Part shown: positions 30,812 to 39,495 of the stretch, piece after piece
Numbering within the stretch: the stretch's first letter is position 1
How the letters are laid out: each line of letters opens with the position of its first letter
Source of the DNA: an uncultured Gemmatimonadota bacterium
Lineage (GTDB): Bacteria > JAAXHH01
NCBI GenBank assembly: GCA_951812955.1
Contig: OX638340.1
Coordinates: forward strand, 2,560,001-2,624,000
Direction of reading: 5' to 3'
DNA: 64,000 bases
Made by a program: the position numbers and the translations under genes
Notes under the pieces: model-generated
What the model saw: the letters and a program-made list of their open reading frames with translations, nothing else
Database searches by the model: none
Told to the model about the DNA's origin: nothing

Positions 30812-32275
30812 TCAATCCGATGATTGGTGCGGAATGCCCAACTTCCTAATCCAGCCGCGAACGTATTCCTTCTCCGGCTGATCCAGCAACCGGAACGCGT
30901 ACCAGAGGTAGAGCGCCATACCCAGAATCACCAGGGCGACGCTGACCTCGATCCGATCGAAGGTCCACCTGGCCGCGCCGAAGGAGGCTGCTGAAAGGAC
31001 GATCAGGAGAATGTAGGGTTTCCAGGGGAAAAGCCGTCCTACGGTCGTGTCGAGCAGCCGGGCGTACCGGCCCAGATAGTAGATCCATCCGGCGGCGGTT
31101 CCGCACAGGGTGGCGAGTGCCGCGCCCCAGAGGCCGAAGGCCTTGATGAAGACCAGGTTGCCCGCGACGTTGACGATCAGCATGGCGGTCGCTGCCTGGA
31201 CGATGATCGCGTTGCGGTTCAGGGCCCTCGCGAGGACGTCCGGACTGTTGAAGCGGAGCAGGAGGAGCAGCGCGTAGATGCCCAGGACCCGGTGGCCCTC
31301 GAAGTAGGCGTCGGGCAGGATGATGCGGTACAGCACGTCGGAGAAGAGAAAGACGAAGATCCCCGCCGGTATGATGGCGATCATGCCGCAGGTCGAGCAC
31401 TTGTGCCACAGGGCCGCCATGGACGGATGGTCGCCGCCTTCGGCGTACCCCACGTAGGTGGAAAAGAGCACCGACCCGAACACGCTCATCAGGATGCCGG
31501 CGATGGGCAGTTCGATGGCCGATACGCTGTAGATCGCGAAGCTGGATGCGCCCAGGAAGGCGCTGATCATGATCTTGTCCAGGCTCCCGTTGACGAACGG
31601 AATGAACCCGGCGATACCCAGTCCCAGGGCGTAACGGTACTGGCCCTTGTTGTCGATACTCCGCACCCGGAAGGACAGCAGCTTCCTGTTGAGCAGGACG
31701 AGTCCGTAGAGTAGGGACTGAAAGGCCTCCAGGAGCACGATCAGGACGATGAGTTCGAAAACGGCCGTAATCAGCCCCGAAAACAGCGCGCCGGCGATGG
31801 CCGCGATGCGCAGCAGGTACTGAAACACGCGAAGACCGCTGGCCGCGGCGGTGTGTTCAGTCCCCACCAGGGCGTTGTGTGCGGCCATGTTTACGAATAA
31901 AAACAGGGCGATCAGGAGATAGGCGCCGATCTCCCGTAGATAGGGTCCCAGTTCCGTGTGAACGAGCAGGTAGGGCTTGATGAGAAGATGGAACAGCAGG
32001 AGGAGGGCCAGGAAGATCACCGCACAACTGGCCAGCGTGTTTCCCACGTATCTGCGTGCGTCCGCCGCGTATTTCCCCGATATGAAGTAGAAGACGCTCT
32101 CGATCAGCCCGGCGGCGAACAGGTACGCGAATCCGGCGGTCAGAATGCCGTACCTGTAAGGCGCCAGGTATTCCGGATCGAAGAAATGGGCGACGACGAT
32201 CGACTGGAGTACCTGGAGCGCGCTCGCACCGAGCAGCGCGGTATAGAGTATGACCGCCGCGTTTCGTTTAGACAT
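30812..32275 (-). CDS. MOP-superfamily polysaccharide/oligosaccharide flippase (Wzx-like)
   Basis: 487 aa with about 12-14 TM segments. Position at the head of the glycosyltransferase genes. No diagnostic motif, so the call rests on architecture and context. Confidence 0.65.
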   Translation of the reverse strand: MSKRNAAVILYTALLGASALQVLQSIVVAHFFDPEYLAPYRYGILTAGFAYLFAAGLIESVFYFISGKYAADARRYVGNTLASCAVIFLALLLLFHLLIKPYLLVHTELGPYLREIGAYLLIALFLFVNMAAHNALVGTEHTAAASGLRVFQYLLRIAAIAGALFSGLITAVFELIVLIVLLEAFQSLLYGLVLLNRKLLSFRVRSIDNKGQYRYALGLGIAGFIPFVNGSLDKIMISAFLGASSFAIYSVSAIELPIAGILMSVFGSVLFSTYVGYAEGGDHPSMAALWHKCSTCGMIAIIPAGIFVFLFSDVLYRIILPDAYFEGHRVLGIYALLLLLRFNSPDVLARALNRNAIIVQAATAMLIVNVAGNLVFIKAFGLWGAALATLCGTAAGWIYYLGRYARLLDTTVGRLFPWKPYILLIVLSAASFGAARWTFDRIEVSVALVILGMALYLWYAFRLLDQPEKEYVRGWIRKLGIPHQSSD

Positions 32276-32313
32276 GGTCCCGTCAGGCGGTGGACCTGCA
32301 CCGGCGGTAAGGC

Positions 32314-33645
32314 TCAGACCCCGTCCCTCAGTATCTCCGCGACGGCGGCGACGGCGCGGTCCGCCTCGTCGAGCGTGTTATAGATATGTGGGGAAAGCCG
32401 GACGTTGGGCCCCATGCCCGCGCCGGCCACATGGTACGTGTCGTAGAGCTTTGCGAAGACCTTGCGCGGGTCGAGATCACCTGGTTTGAAGATGACCACG
32501 CCGCCGGAGAGCGCGGGGTCCATGGACGTGGAGAGTGTCACGCCGGGCAGTTCGGTAAGGCCTTCCTTGATGGCCGTGGCCACCTGCCGCATGCGGGCCT
32601 CCACGCGGTCCGGTCCGATCTTCTCGTGGAAATCGACCCCCCGGCCCGTGGCCGTCAGCGCGGCGTCGTCCCGCTGGCCGAGAACTTCGTACTTTCGGGC
32701 GCTATCCACGTCGTCCCGCCATCCGGCGCTCACGATACTGGGCCAGACGGCGTCCTGGCTGTCTTTCCGGACGTACAGCACGCCGACTTCCTTAGGCCCC
32801 ATGAACCACTTGTGGGCGCTTCCGGAGTACGCGTCGCAGCCCATGTCGGCGAGATCGATCTTCAGGGCCCCGAAACTCTGGGCGCCGTCGACGAGGGAAA
32901 ACACGCCCCGTTCCCGCGCCGTCGCACAGAGCTGCCTGGCCGGCATGGAAAGTCCCGTCGTGTTGGACACGTGGGTGAAGGACATCACCTTCGTCGCCGG
33001 GGTGTACGCCCGTTCGAAGGCATCGATGATTTCGTCCTCGCCGCCTGGAATCAAGGGAACCGACACGTAGTTGATCTTAAATCCGTAACGTCTGGACTTG
33101 ACCTCCCACGCCGATTTGTTCGAGGGATGGTTCAGGTCGGACAGGAGCACCTCGTCACCCGTCTGGAGGTGGTAACCGGAACTGATGGCGTTGTTGGCTT
33201 CGCTCGTGTTCCGCACCAGTGCGATTTCATCGGGATGAGCACCCAGGAGCCGCGCCATCTTCTCGCGGGTATCCTCCCGGATCTGCCGGTATTTGATCCT
33301 GTTCTGGAAGGACGCGTCGTAATCCAGGTCGCGGGTATACTTGAAGACCGCTTCCATCACGGGAAAGGGTGACGGGCAAAGGTTGGCGGCGTTCATCAGG
33401 GCCAGGTTGTCCCGGAGGAGGAACTGGTTCCGGACCGCGTGCCAGTACCGTTCGTCGCCGGGGTCTGTGCCGGAGACGGCCGTGTCCAGGTCCTGTGGAG
33501 GCGAAGCGGCGGTGGAGGTGCCGTAACCGGCGACGAGGGCGCCGCCCGCGGCGATACCGCCGGCCAGCCGTTTCATGAACGATCGGCGGGATTCCTGCCA
33601 CGCCGACTCTGGAATACTCTCGATTTTCAATTCGTCCTGGATCAT
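32314..33645 (-). CDS. class-V (cysteine desulfurase/isopenicillin-N-epimerase-like) PLP-dependent enzyme with Tat signal peptide
   Basis: In-frame ATG within ORF 32314-33696. Twin-arginine motif SRRSFMKRLAGGIAAGGALVAGYG...AAS. PLP-lysine context YSGSAHKWFMGPKEVG; FTHVSNTTG. Confidence 0.75.
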   Translation of the reverse strand: MIQDELKIESIPESAWQESRRSFMKRLAGGIAAGGALVAGYGTSTAASPPQDLDTAVSGTDPGDERYWHAVRNQFLLRDNLALMNAANLCPSPFPVMEAVFKYTRDLDYDASFQNRIKYRQIREDTREKMARLLGAHPDEIALVRNTSEANNAISSGYHLQTGDEVLLSDLNHPSNKSAWEVKSRRYGFKINYVSVPLIPGGEDEIIDAFERAYTPATKVMSFTHVSNTTGLSMPARQLCATARERGVFSLVDGAQSFGALKIDLADMGCDAYSGSAHKWFMGPKEVGVLYVRKDSQDAVWPSIVSAGWRDDVDSARKYEVLGQRDDAALTATGRGVDFHEKIGPDRVEARMRQVATAIKEGLTELPGVTLSTSMDPALSGGVVIFKPGDLDPRKVFAKLYDTYHVAGAGMGPNVRLSPHIYNTLDEADRAVAAVAEILRDGV

Positions 33646-33697
33646 CCTTAAGCCTCCGGATGTGAGGGATAGGGACGCCGCGGAGCGGGATCCCATC

Positions 33698-33729
33698 GCT
33701 AGAAATCCACTTGGCTAGAAATCCACCGC
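33698..33729. repeat. 16-nt tandem duplication GCTAGAAATCCAC[TTG/CGC] x2; the second copy is the 3' end plus stop codon of the OM-barrel gene
   Basis: Copies at 33698-33713 and 33714-33729. CTA at 33715-33717 is the TAG of ORF 33715-34572. Confidence 0.9.
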
Positions 33730-34572
33730 AATTCCGAGGTGGGCTGTAATGAGATCGGTGGTCGACTTGGTTATGTTGAGTTCGGCCGTACCCGACCTGC
33801 GGACGATGTCGCCCCGCTTCAGGTAGTCGGCCTCGGACCCGTCATGGTAGCGCATCCTGACATCCAGGGATACGGACCGCACGGTGCGGTTCTGCGACGT
33901 CCGGTCTTCGCCGGCTCCCCACACCTCGATCAGCACCCCGCCGCCCACACCCTTGGTAAATGCGAAATCATCGAGGTTCGTGGAACTGGCGATCTCCTCT
34001 CCGCTGAGACGGGGAAGGTTCTCGATCGCCGTACTCGTGAAAAGGTAGTGGAAGCCCACGACGCCTTCTACGTAGAAACGCAGTGGGGCGGTGGTACCGG
34101 TCATCAGACGAAGAAAGGCGTTCATCGAAAAGATGTTGTTCTCGGTGACCACGTCGACGAGGACGTCGGGGATGGTAAGGCTGAATTGCTCGGTGCGCCG
34201 CTCGTGGCCGTAGATCATGTAACCCAGGTCTAGGCCAATCACGGCCGGTGTACGGGGGATTATGTAGCCCACGAACCCGGACACGCCGATCCCCGGGTTC
34301 TTGACATTGTCGCCGAATTCGCCCGTCGGAAATCCGCCGAGGATGCCGATCCCGGTGATAACGACGGGGGGCACGTCCGCGGTTTCCCCTTCCTGCGCGT
34401 TGGCCGGCGCCGGACGCGCCAGGAGTACCAGTCCGACAAGGGCCGCTATGAACGTGGGATAGGTTGCGCGTCGAGTTATTCGGCTAAATATCCGGCGGAA
34501 AATGCGCTGCATTGGGAAGGTGTGTATTCGAGGTTGTGATTTATGCATGGCAGTTCGGGCCTTCCTGATCAA
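33715..34572 (-). CDS. outer-membrane beta-barrel protein (porin/OmpA-barrel-like), function unknown
   Basis: 285-aa ORF. Signal peptide FIAALVGLVLLARPAPANA-QEG (likely start M21, about 34512). Alternating beta-strand pattern. C-terminal ...GIAVDF with terminal Phe, typical of OMP sorting signals. Confidence 0.55.
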   Translation of the reverse strand: MIRKARTAMHKSQPRIHTFPMQRIFRRIFSRITRRATYPTFIAALVGLVLLARPAPANAQEGETADVPPVVITGIGILGGFPTGEFGDNVKNPGIGVSGFVGYIIPRTPAVIGLDLGYMIYGHERRTEQFSLTIPDVLVDVVTENNIFSMNAFLRLMTGTTAPLRFYVEGVVGFHYLFTSTAIENLPRLSGEEIASSTNLDDFAFTKGVGGGVLIEVWGAGEDRTSQNRTVRSVSLDVRMRYHDGSEADYLKRGDIVRRSGTAELNITKSTTDLITAHLGIAVDF

Positions 34573-34585
34573 CCGCTTGTCGGAC

Positions 34586-35119
34586 TCAGGACGGTAGCTC
34601 TCCGATTTTGGCGAACACGGCGGACCACCGCGTTCGGTGACTGTCCTCTATAAAGTCGGGTACGAATCCCAGGCCGAGATAGGTCCTGATGGCCGGCACG
34701 CGAAAATCATCCGTACCCAGAAAGGCGGCCTGGTAACCATGATCACGCATATAATGAAGCACGGCCAGGGTTACGAGGCGCCCCAATCCCCGCCCCCGGT
34801 GGGCGGGTTTCGCGCATACCATGTGAACCTGCGCGGCGTTGACCCCTTCGGGTGGATTGTCGTAGGCGCAGGCCGTGGCCACGCCCTCCTCGGATTTCGT
34901 TACGAAGAAGCAGCCGTCCGGCAGAAACGGTTCCCGGCCGGTCACTTCCTCCCGGCACTTCTCGACGGTCCAGCCCGTGCCGATGCCCGTGTTCATGATC
35001 TCGCACCAGGCTGCTTCGTCGCCGGGCCGGTAGGTCCTCAGCGCATACCCCGCCGGCACGCCGATTCCCGGAAGGTTATTCAGGTCGGGGCGTACCATCC
35101 GAAGCTGACGTTCAGGCAT
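34586..35119 (-). CDS. GNAT-family N-acetyltransferase
   Basis: 177 aa. Acetyl-CoA motif VCAKPAHRGRGLGRLVTLAVLHYMRDHGY. Confidence 0.7.
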   Translation of the reverse strand: MPERQLRMVRPDLNNLPGIGVPAGYALRTYRPGDEAAWCEIMNTGIGTGWTVEKCREEVTGREPFLPDGCFFVTKSEEGVATACAYDNPPEGVNAAQVHMVCAKPAHRGRGLGRLVTLAVLHYMRDHGYQAAFLGTDDFRVPAIRTYLGLGFVPDFIEDSHRTRWSAVFAKIGELPS

Positions 35120-35133
35120 GGACGCCCCGTCCT

Positions 35134-35901
35134 CTACACGTCACATCCGACGCTCCGCAGGTGCGCCACCGAATCCGCCACGCGCCGGCAGGTCTCGTCC
35201 TCGTCAAGCGATTCGCCTTCCACGCCTTCGATTTCCATGGTGAAAGGCCCATAGAACCCGTGGCCGTTCAACCGGTCGAAAACCGCCTTGAAATCGACGA
35301 TTCCCACGCCGAAGGTCGGGAAACACCAGGTCTTGTAACTGCCGTCCGTATCCTTGAGATGCATGCTGCCGATGTAGTCGATGACCTTAACCATCTCGTC
35401 GACGTGGTCCACGTCCCGGTTGTAGTAGTGGATGTTGGCCGTGTCGTAATTCACTCGGATGTTGGGGTGATCGACGCCGCGCATGGTCTCCACCGCGACA
35501 GCCGCGTTGGTGATCAGGTCGGGATGGGTTTCCATGCCGATGGTGATCCCGTACTCGGCGGCCTTTATCCCCGCGCGGTGCAACCGCTCGTAGACCACTT
35601 TCTTGTCCAGTTCCCCGGCCTGCACGCTCACGAAGAGCAATCCGGCGCCCAGGGCCGCGGCGGCATCCAGGTGCGGGGTCAGCCGCGCGTCCACGTCGTC
35701 GTGCTCGACTTCCACCGGACACTGCAGACTGCTGGCCGACAGACCGTGACGTTCGAGCCTGGCCTTGACCTCGTCTATCCGGTCCGGCGCGGGCGCGTCG
35801 ATTTCCACGTGATGAACACCGATCGTGGGCAGATGGGCATAGGCGGAATCGCTGAATTTTCCGTAGCTTGCCGTTCGGCACGCAAGCAGGTTGGCGGGCA
35901 T
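35134..35901 (-). CDS. sugar phosphate isomerase/epimerase (xylose-isomerase-like TIM barrel)
   Basis: 255 aa. Pattern GVHHVEI..., LGAGLLFV, GITIGMETHPD, NIRVNYDTANIHYY, HLKD typical of the AP-endonuclease-2/xylose-isomerase-like fold. Confidence 0.65.
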   Translation of the reverse strand: MPANLLACRTASYGKFSDSAYAHLPTIGVHHVEIDAPAPDRIDEVKARLERHGLSASSLQCPVEVEHDDVDARLTPHLDAAAALGAGLLFVSVQAGELDKKVVYERLHRAGIKAAEYGITIGMETHPDLITNAAVAVETMRGVDHPNIRVNYDTANIHYYNRDVDHVDEMVKVIDYIGSMHLKDTDGSYKTWCFPTFGVGIVDFKAVFDRLNGHGFYGPFTMEIEGVEGESLDEDETCRRVADSVAHLRSVGCDV

Positions 35902-35998
35902 AAGGATCCTTCTTTCGGGAAGCGTTACGTGTGCGGACGGGATGCGTACCTTTCAAAATATAACCGAAGGGTACGAGGGGGTCAAGATATCGTACCGG

Positions 35999-37474
35999 TC
36001 AGATGCCCCGATTTCCCGCTAACCATTTCATCAGGCCTTCAGCGGGCAATTCGGATTTCAGGATGGGCGTCCGTACGCCCTGGGTCCGCAGCAGGGCTTC
36101 GGCGCCCTGGTAACCGCTGCGCACCGCGCTTTCCATGGTAGCCGGCCAGCCCGTCTGTACCCAGTCGCCGGCGAGGAAGAAATTGGAAAGGGGACTGGAT
36201 GGACCGGGGCGCAGTGCGTCGCAACCGGGGTTGGGCGCGAACGTCGCCCTGCCCTCCTTGACGACGATGGCCTTGAGCAGTTCTGCCTGGCGTACGGCGG
36301 GCAGCAGGGACCTGAGATCTTCCATGGCCTGATCGATGATCATCTGTCGCGGCATTTTCATCCATTCATCGGAAGCACTGACTACGAGTCCGAGATAGGC
36401 TCCGTCGTTTTCCATGGCGTTGGTCCCGTCGTTTTCCACGGAGTTGGCTCCGGAGTGCCGATTGGACTGGTTGAATATCCACTGTATCCTCCTTCCGATC
36501 ACCGCGGCGTAGTCCAGTTCCGTCACGGGCCGGTCGAACCAGACGTGGACGGCCGTGATGGGAGAAACCGACAGCCCGGCAAGCATCGCGAAGTAGGGAT
36601 TCGAGGCTTGGCTTTGCGGCAGCAGCCGGCACAAAACATCGAATGGCAGGGCCGAAAGGTATGCCCCGGCCTCGACGGTCGAACCGTCCTGCAGCGAGAT
36701 GGAAGCCACCTTGCCGCCGTGGACGGCAATGCCGGTAACGCCCCGGTTGAACACGACGCGGCCGCCCCGCCGTTCGATGTAATCTATGCACGGCGCGTAC
36801 AGGTCTCCCAGCGGAACGGCGGGCAGCCCCACCTCGTACCCTCGGCGATTGATCAGAAAGGCCCGAACGGCCGTCCCGATTCCGTAATCGGCATCGATGT
36901 CGTCCAGTTCATCGTTGAGCGCACTGATTAGAAAGGGTTTCCAGAAGGCTTCGATGGCCCGCTTCGTTGCGCCGTGGGCTAGAAGCCAGGCAGACATGGA
37001 AACCGGAGACGGTGCTTCGGCGGCCTGATGTGTTTCCGGATAGCCGGTATTCCGTGATCTCATGACGTGGCGGACCATGCCGGCCACGGTGCGGACGATC
37101 GACAGCTTGTCCCGGATTCCCATCGTTTTAAGCCGGAGGAACGATGGAAGCAGGTGCAGGGGCGCGGGGAGACCCGAGGGCCCGATGACCGAAACGCGGT
37201 TGGACTCGTCGATGAATGGAATGGTCTCGTGAAAGTCGATATGGTTCGCGACGCCGAGACGGTCGTAGAAGTCCAGGAGGTTAACACAGCAGCCCAGGAG
37301 CACGTGCTGGCAGTTGTCCACCCGCTCGCCGCTTGACGGGTGTATGAAGGAGGTGGCGCGGCCGCCCAGGATTGGACGTCTTTCGTACAGTTCGACCTCG
37401 AAACCGGCATCGGCCAGCGCAACCGCGCCGGCCAGTCCAGCCAGCCCGCCACCGATTACGATTACCTGGCTCAT
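35999..37474 (-). CDS. hpnE: hydroxysqualene dehydroxylase (FAD-dependent amine-oxidase family)
   Basis: In-frame ATG (MSQVIVIGGGLAGLAGAVALADAGFEVELYERRPILGGRA) forming an ATGA overlap with the hpnD stop (TCAT at 37471-37474). C-terminal FLAGDW...ATMESAVRSG. Immediately follows two squalene/phytoene-synthase paralogs. Confidence 0.8.
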   Translation of the reverse strand: MSQVIVIGGGLAGLAGAVALADAGFEVELYERRPILGGRATSFIHPSSGERVDNCQHVLLGCCVNLLDFYDRLGVANHIDFHETIPFIDESNRVSVIGPSGLPAPLHLLPSFLRLKTMGIRDKLSIVRTVAGMVRHVMRSRNTGYPETHQAAEAPSPVSMSAWLLAHGATKRAIEAFWKPFLISALNDELDDIDADYGIGTAVRAFLINRRGYEVGLPAVPLGDLYAPCIDYIERRGGRVVFNRGVTGIAVHGGKVASISLQDGSTVEAGAYLSALPFDVLCRLLPQSQASNPYFAMLAGLSVSPITAVHVWFDRPVTELDYAAVIGRRIQWIFNQSNRHSGANSVENDGTNAMENDGAYLGLVVSASDEWMKMPRQMIIDQAMEDLRSLLPAVRQAELLKAIVVKEGRATFAPNPGCDALRPGPSSPLSNFFLAGDWVQTGWPATMESAVRSGYQGAEALLRTQGVRTPILKSELPAEGLMKWLAGNRGI

Positions 37475-38406
37475 ACGCGCTTTCGGATCAGCGCCCGGGC
37501 CGTGATGGAGATTTTCTTCCATGGGGACAGGCCGATGCGCTGGCTATACACGTCGTACTGGCGACGGGGGATTTCTTCAAGGCACGCCCGGTAGATGCCG
37601 ATCATGGCCGCCAGACACGCCCTGCTTGAGAACTGAACCTTCGGAAGGAGCGGCAGCGCTGCGTCGTAGTAGCTTCTGGCGCGTTCCACCTGGAATTCCA
37701 TCAGTCGCCGGAACGAATCGTCTAAAAGTCCGTTCCGCAGACGTTCCTCCGGGTACCCGAAGGCGTCAAGGTCCTCCTGCGGCAGGTAGATACGGCCCAT
37801 CCCCGCGTCCTCCCTCAGGTCGCGCAGTATATTTGTCAGCTGAAAGGCGATGCCACAGGACTCGGCGTGTTTTTTGGCTTCCGCGCCATTGAATCCGAAG
37901 ATGTGTATGCACACCAGTCCGACGGCGGAAGCCACGCGGTAGCAGTACTGGTAAAGTTCTTCGAAGGTGGCGTAACGCGTCACCGTAAGGTCCATTTGCG
38001 CGCCGTCGATAATGGCGTCGAAGTACGCTCTCGGGATGTCGTATCTCCCCACCGTGTCCCTGAATGCCGGCAACAGCCCGCGGACGTCGGGCGGTGTTTC
38101 GCCATAGGCGTCGGCCGGTGGTCCGTCATATGCGTCGGGCGGTGGTCCGTCATAGGCGCGGTCCAGGGACTCGCGGCAGGCGTTCAACCGGTTTTCCTTG
38201 TCCGCCTCCCCGGCCTCCTCGTCGACGATGTCGTCGCAGTAGCGCATGAAGGCGTACACGGCGCACATGGCCCGTCGCCGTTCAGCCGGCAGGACGATAA
38301 AGGAATAGTAGAAGTTCTTAGCCCTCGATTTCGCGATTTCGCGGCAGAAATCATAGGAGCGCTTCAACGATTCCGGATCGGCAGATTGTTTTTTCACAGG
38401 GTTCAT
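37471..38406 (-). CDS. hpnD: presqualene diphosphate synthase
   Basis: 311 aa. SRAKNFYYSFIVLPAERRRAMCAVYAFMRYCDDIVDE (first Asp-rich motif), TNILRDLREDAGMGRIYLP (second motif). Confidence 0.82.
   Translation of the reverse strand: MNPVKKQSADPESLKRSYDFCREIAKSRAKNFYYSFIVLPAERRRAMCAVYAFMRYCDDIVDEEAGEADKENRLNACRESLDRAYDGPPPDAYDGPPADAYGETPPDVRGLLPAFRDTVGRYDIPRAYFDAIIDGAQMDLTVTRYATFEELYQYCYRVASAVGLVCIHIFGFNGAEAKKHAESCGIAFQLTNILRDLREDAGMGRIYLPQEDLDAFGYPEERLRNGLLDDSFRRLMEFQVERARSYYDAALPLLPKVQFSSRACLAAMIGIYRACLEEIPRRQYDVYSQRIGLSPWKKISITARALIRKRV
38106..38153. repeat. in-frame 24-nt tandem duplication inside hpnD encoding YDGPPPDA / YDGPPADA
   Basis: Plus-strand copies AGGCGTCGGCCGGTGGTCCGTCAT (38106-38129) and ATGCGTCGGGCGGTGGTCCGTCAT (38130-38153). 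Confidence 0.9.
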
Positions 38407-38475
38407 GACAACGGCGTTCCATCGTTACGTACAACGAGCACGGTTCGACGAGTACGGTTCGACGCGCACGACCCA

Positions 38476-39435
38476 CTAAGGGGTCGCGGACGGTCCGGTC
38501 CGGTTCCAGATCCGTTTCAGTGCGTATTTCACAAACAGGCTGGTCTTTCGGGCGGGCGACAGGGTGGGCCGACTGGACAGCACGTCGTAACGCCGTCTTT
38601 CGATCTGGTCGAGCAGGGCGGAGCCACAGCGGTTGAACAGTTCGATGTCCAGCCGGACCCGCCCGTCCAACATCCCGCACAACCCGAGCCCCTCATCGAA
38701 CAGCGCTCGCGTCCTGTTCACCTGGTACGCCATCAGTCTCCTGAAACGCTCGTCGACGACCCCGGCCTCGAGGTCCGCCTCGGTGTAATGGTACCGATCC
38801 AGGTCCTCCTGGGGCAAGTAGATCCTGCCTTTTTCCAGGTCCACCCTGACGTCCTGCCAGAAGTTGGCCAGCTGGAGCGCGGTACACGTAGCGTCGGAAA
38901 GGACCTGGCGTTCATTGTCCCGGTGGCCGCACAGGTAGAGCACGAGGTGGCCCACCGGATTGGCGGAGTACCGACAGTATTCGAGCACATCCGCGTAGGT
39001 CCTGTAACGCGTTACGACCTGGTCTTGCCGGAACGCGGTCAGCAAGTCTCGAAACGGGGTTATGGGTATCTCGAATCGGTCGATCGTCTCCCGGAGGGCG
39101 ATGAATACCGGATGCCGGGCGCTACCGTCGTAACAGGCCTGCAACTCGGCGTCCCACCAATCGAGCAGTTCCAGGGAAAGGCCGGTATCGCCGGTTTCGT
39201 CGGCGAGGTCGTCGGACCACCGGCAGTAGGCGTAGACATGGTAGAAGTGCTGCCGCAGCGCGGTGGGCAGGAACCGGGAAACGACAATGAAATTCTCGTA
39301 GTGCTGGCGTGCGAGGTGGCTGCAGTACCGGGTAGCGGACGCCAGGGAGGCGTCGCCGGCGCCGGGCAGCGCGTCGAGGGCGAGGTGATCGAACCGGCGC
39401 ATGGCTTCAGGCAGGTAGTCGGGTAGCTGGGACAT
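38476..39435 (-). CDS. hpnC: hydroxysqualene synthase
   Basis: 319 aa. QHYENFIVVSRFLPTALRQHFYHVYAYCRWSDDLADE; ANFWQDVRVDLEKGRIYLP. Paralog of the next gene, at the head of the hpnCDE trio. Confidence 0.82.
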   Translation of the reverse strand: MSQLPDYLPEAMRRFDHLALDALPGAGDASLASATRYCSHLARQHYENFIVVSRFLPTALRQHFYHVYAYCRWSDDLADETGDTGLSLELLDWWDAELQACYDGSARHPVFIALRETIDRFEIPITPFRDLLTAFRQDQVVTRYRTYADVLEYCRYSANPVGHLVLYLCGHRDNERQVLSDATCTALQLANFWQDVRVDLEKGRIYLPQEDLDRYHYTEADLEAGVVDERFRRLMAYQVNRTRALFDEGLGLCGMLDGRVRLDIELFNRCGSALLDQIERRRYDVLSSRPTLSPARKTSLFVKYALKRIWNRTGPSATP

Positions 39436-39495
39436 GGCCGGTTCGCGTACCCCTCGTTCTCGTTCCGGCCATGGTTCAGCCGGGATTACGCCGCT

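Noticed and set aside
37867-39426. 519-aa plus-strand ORF antisense to hpnD/hpnC. Similar long shadow ORFs occur at 3346-4713, 16197-17207, 18331-19590, 35161-36141 and 61585-63006.
   Set aside because: Each overlaps a confidently identified gene on the other strand, has low-complexity Arg/Pro/Gly-rich translations and no motifs. These are artefacts of stop-codon scarcity in GC-rich DNA.
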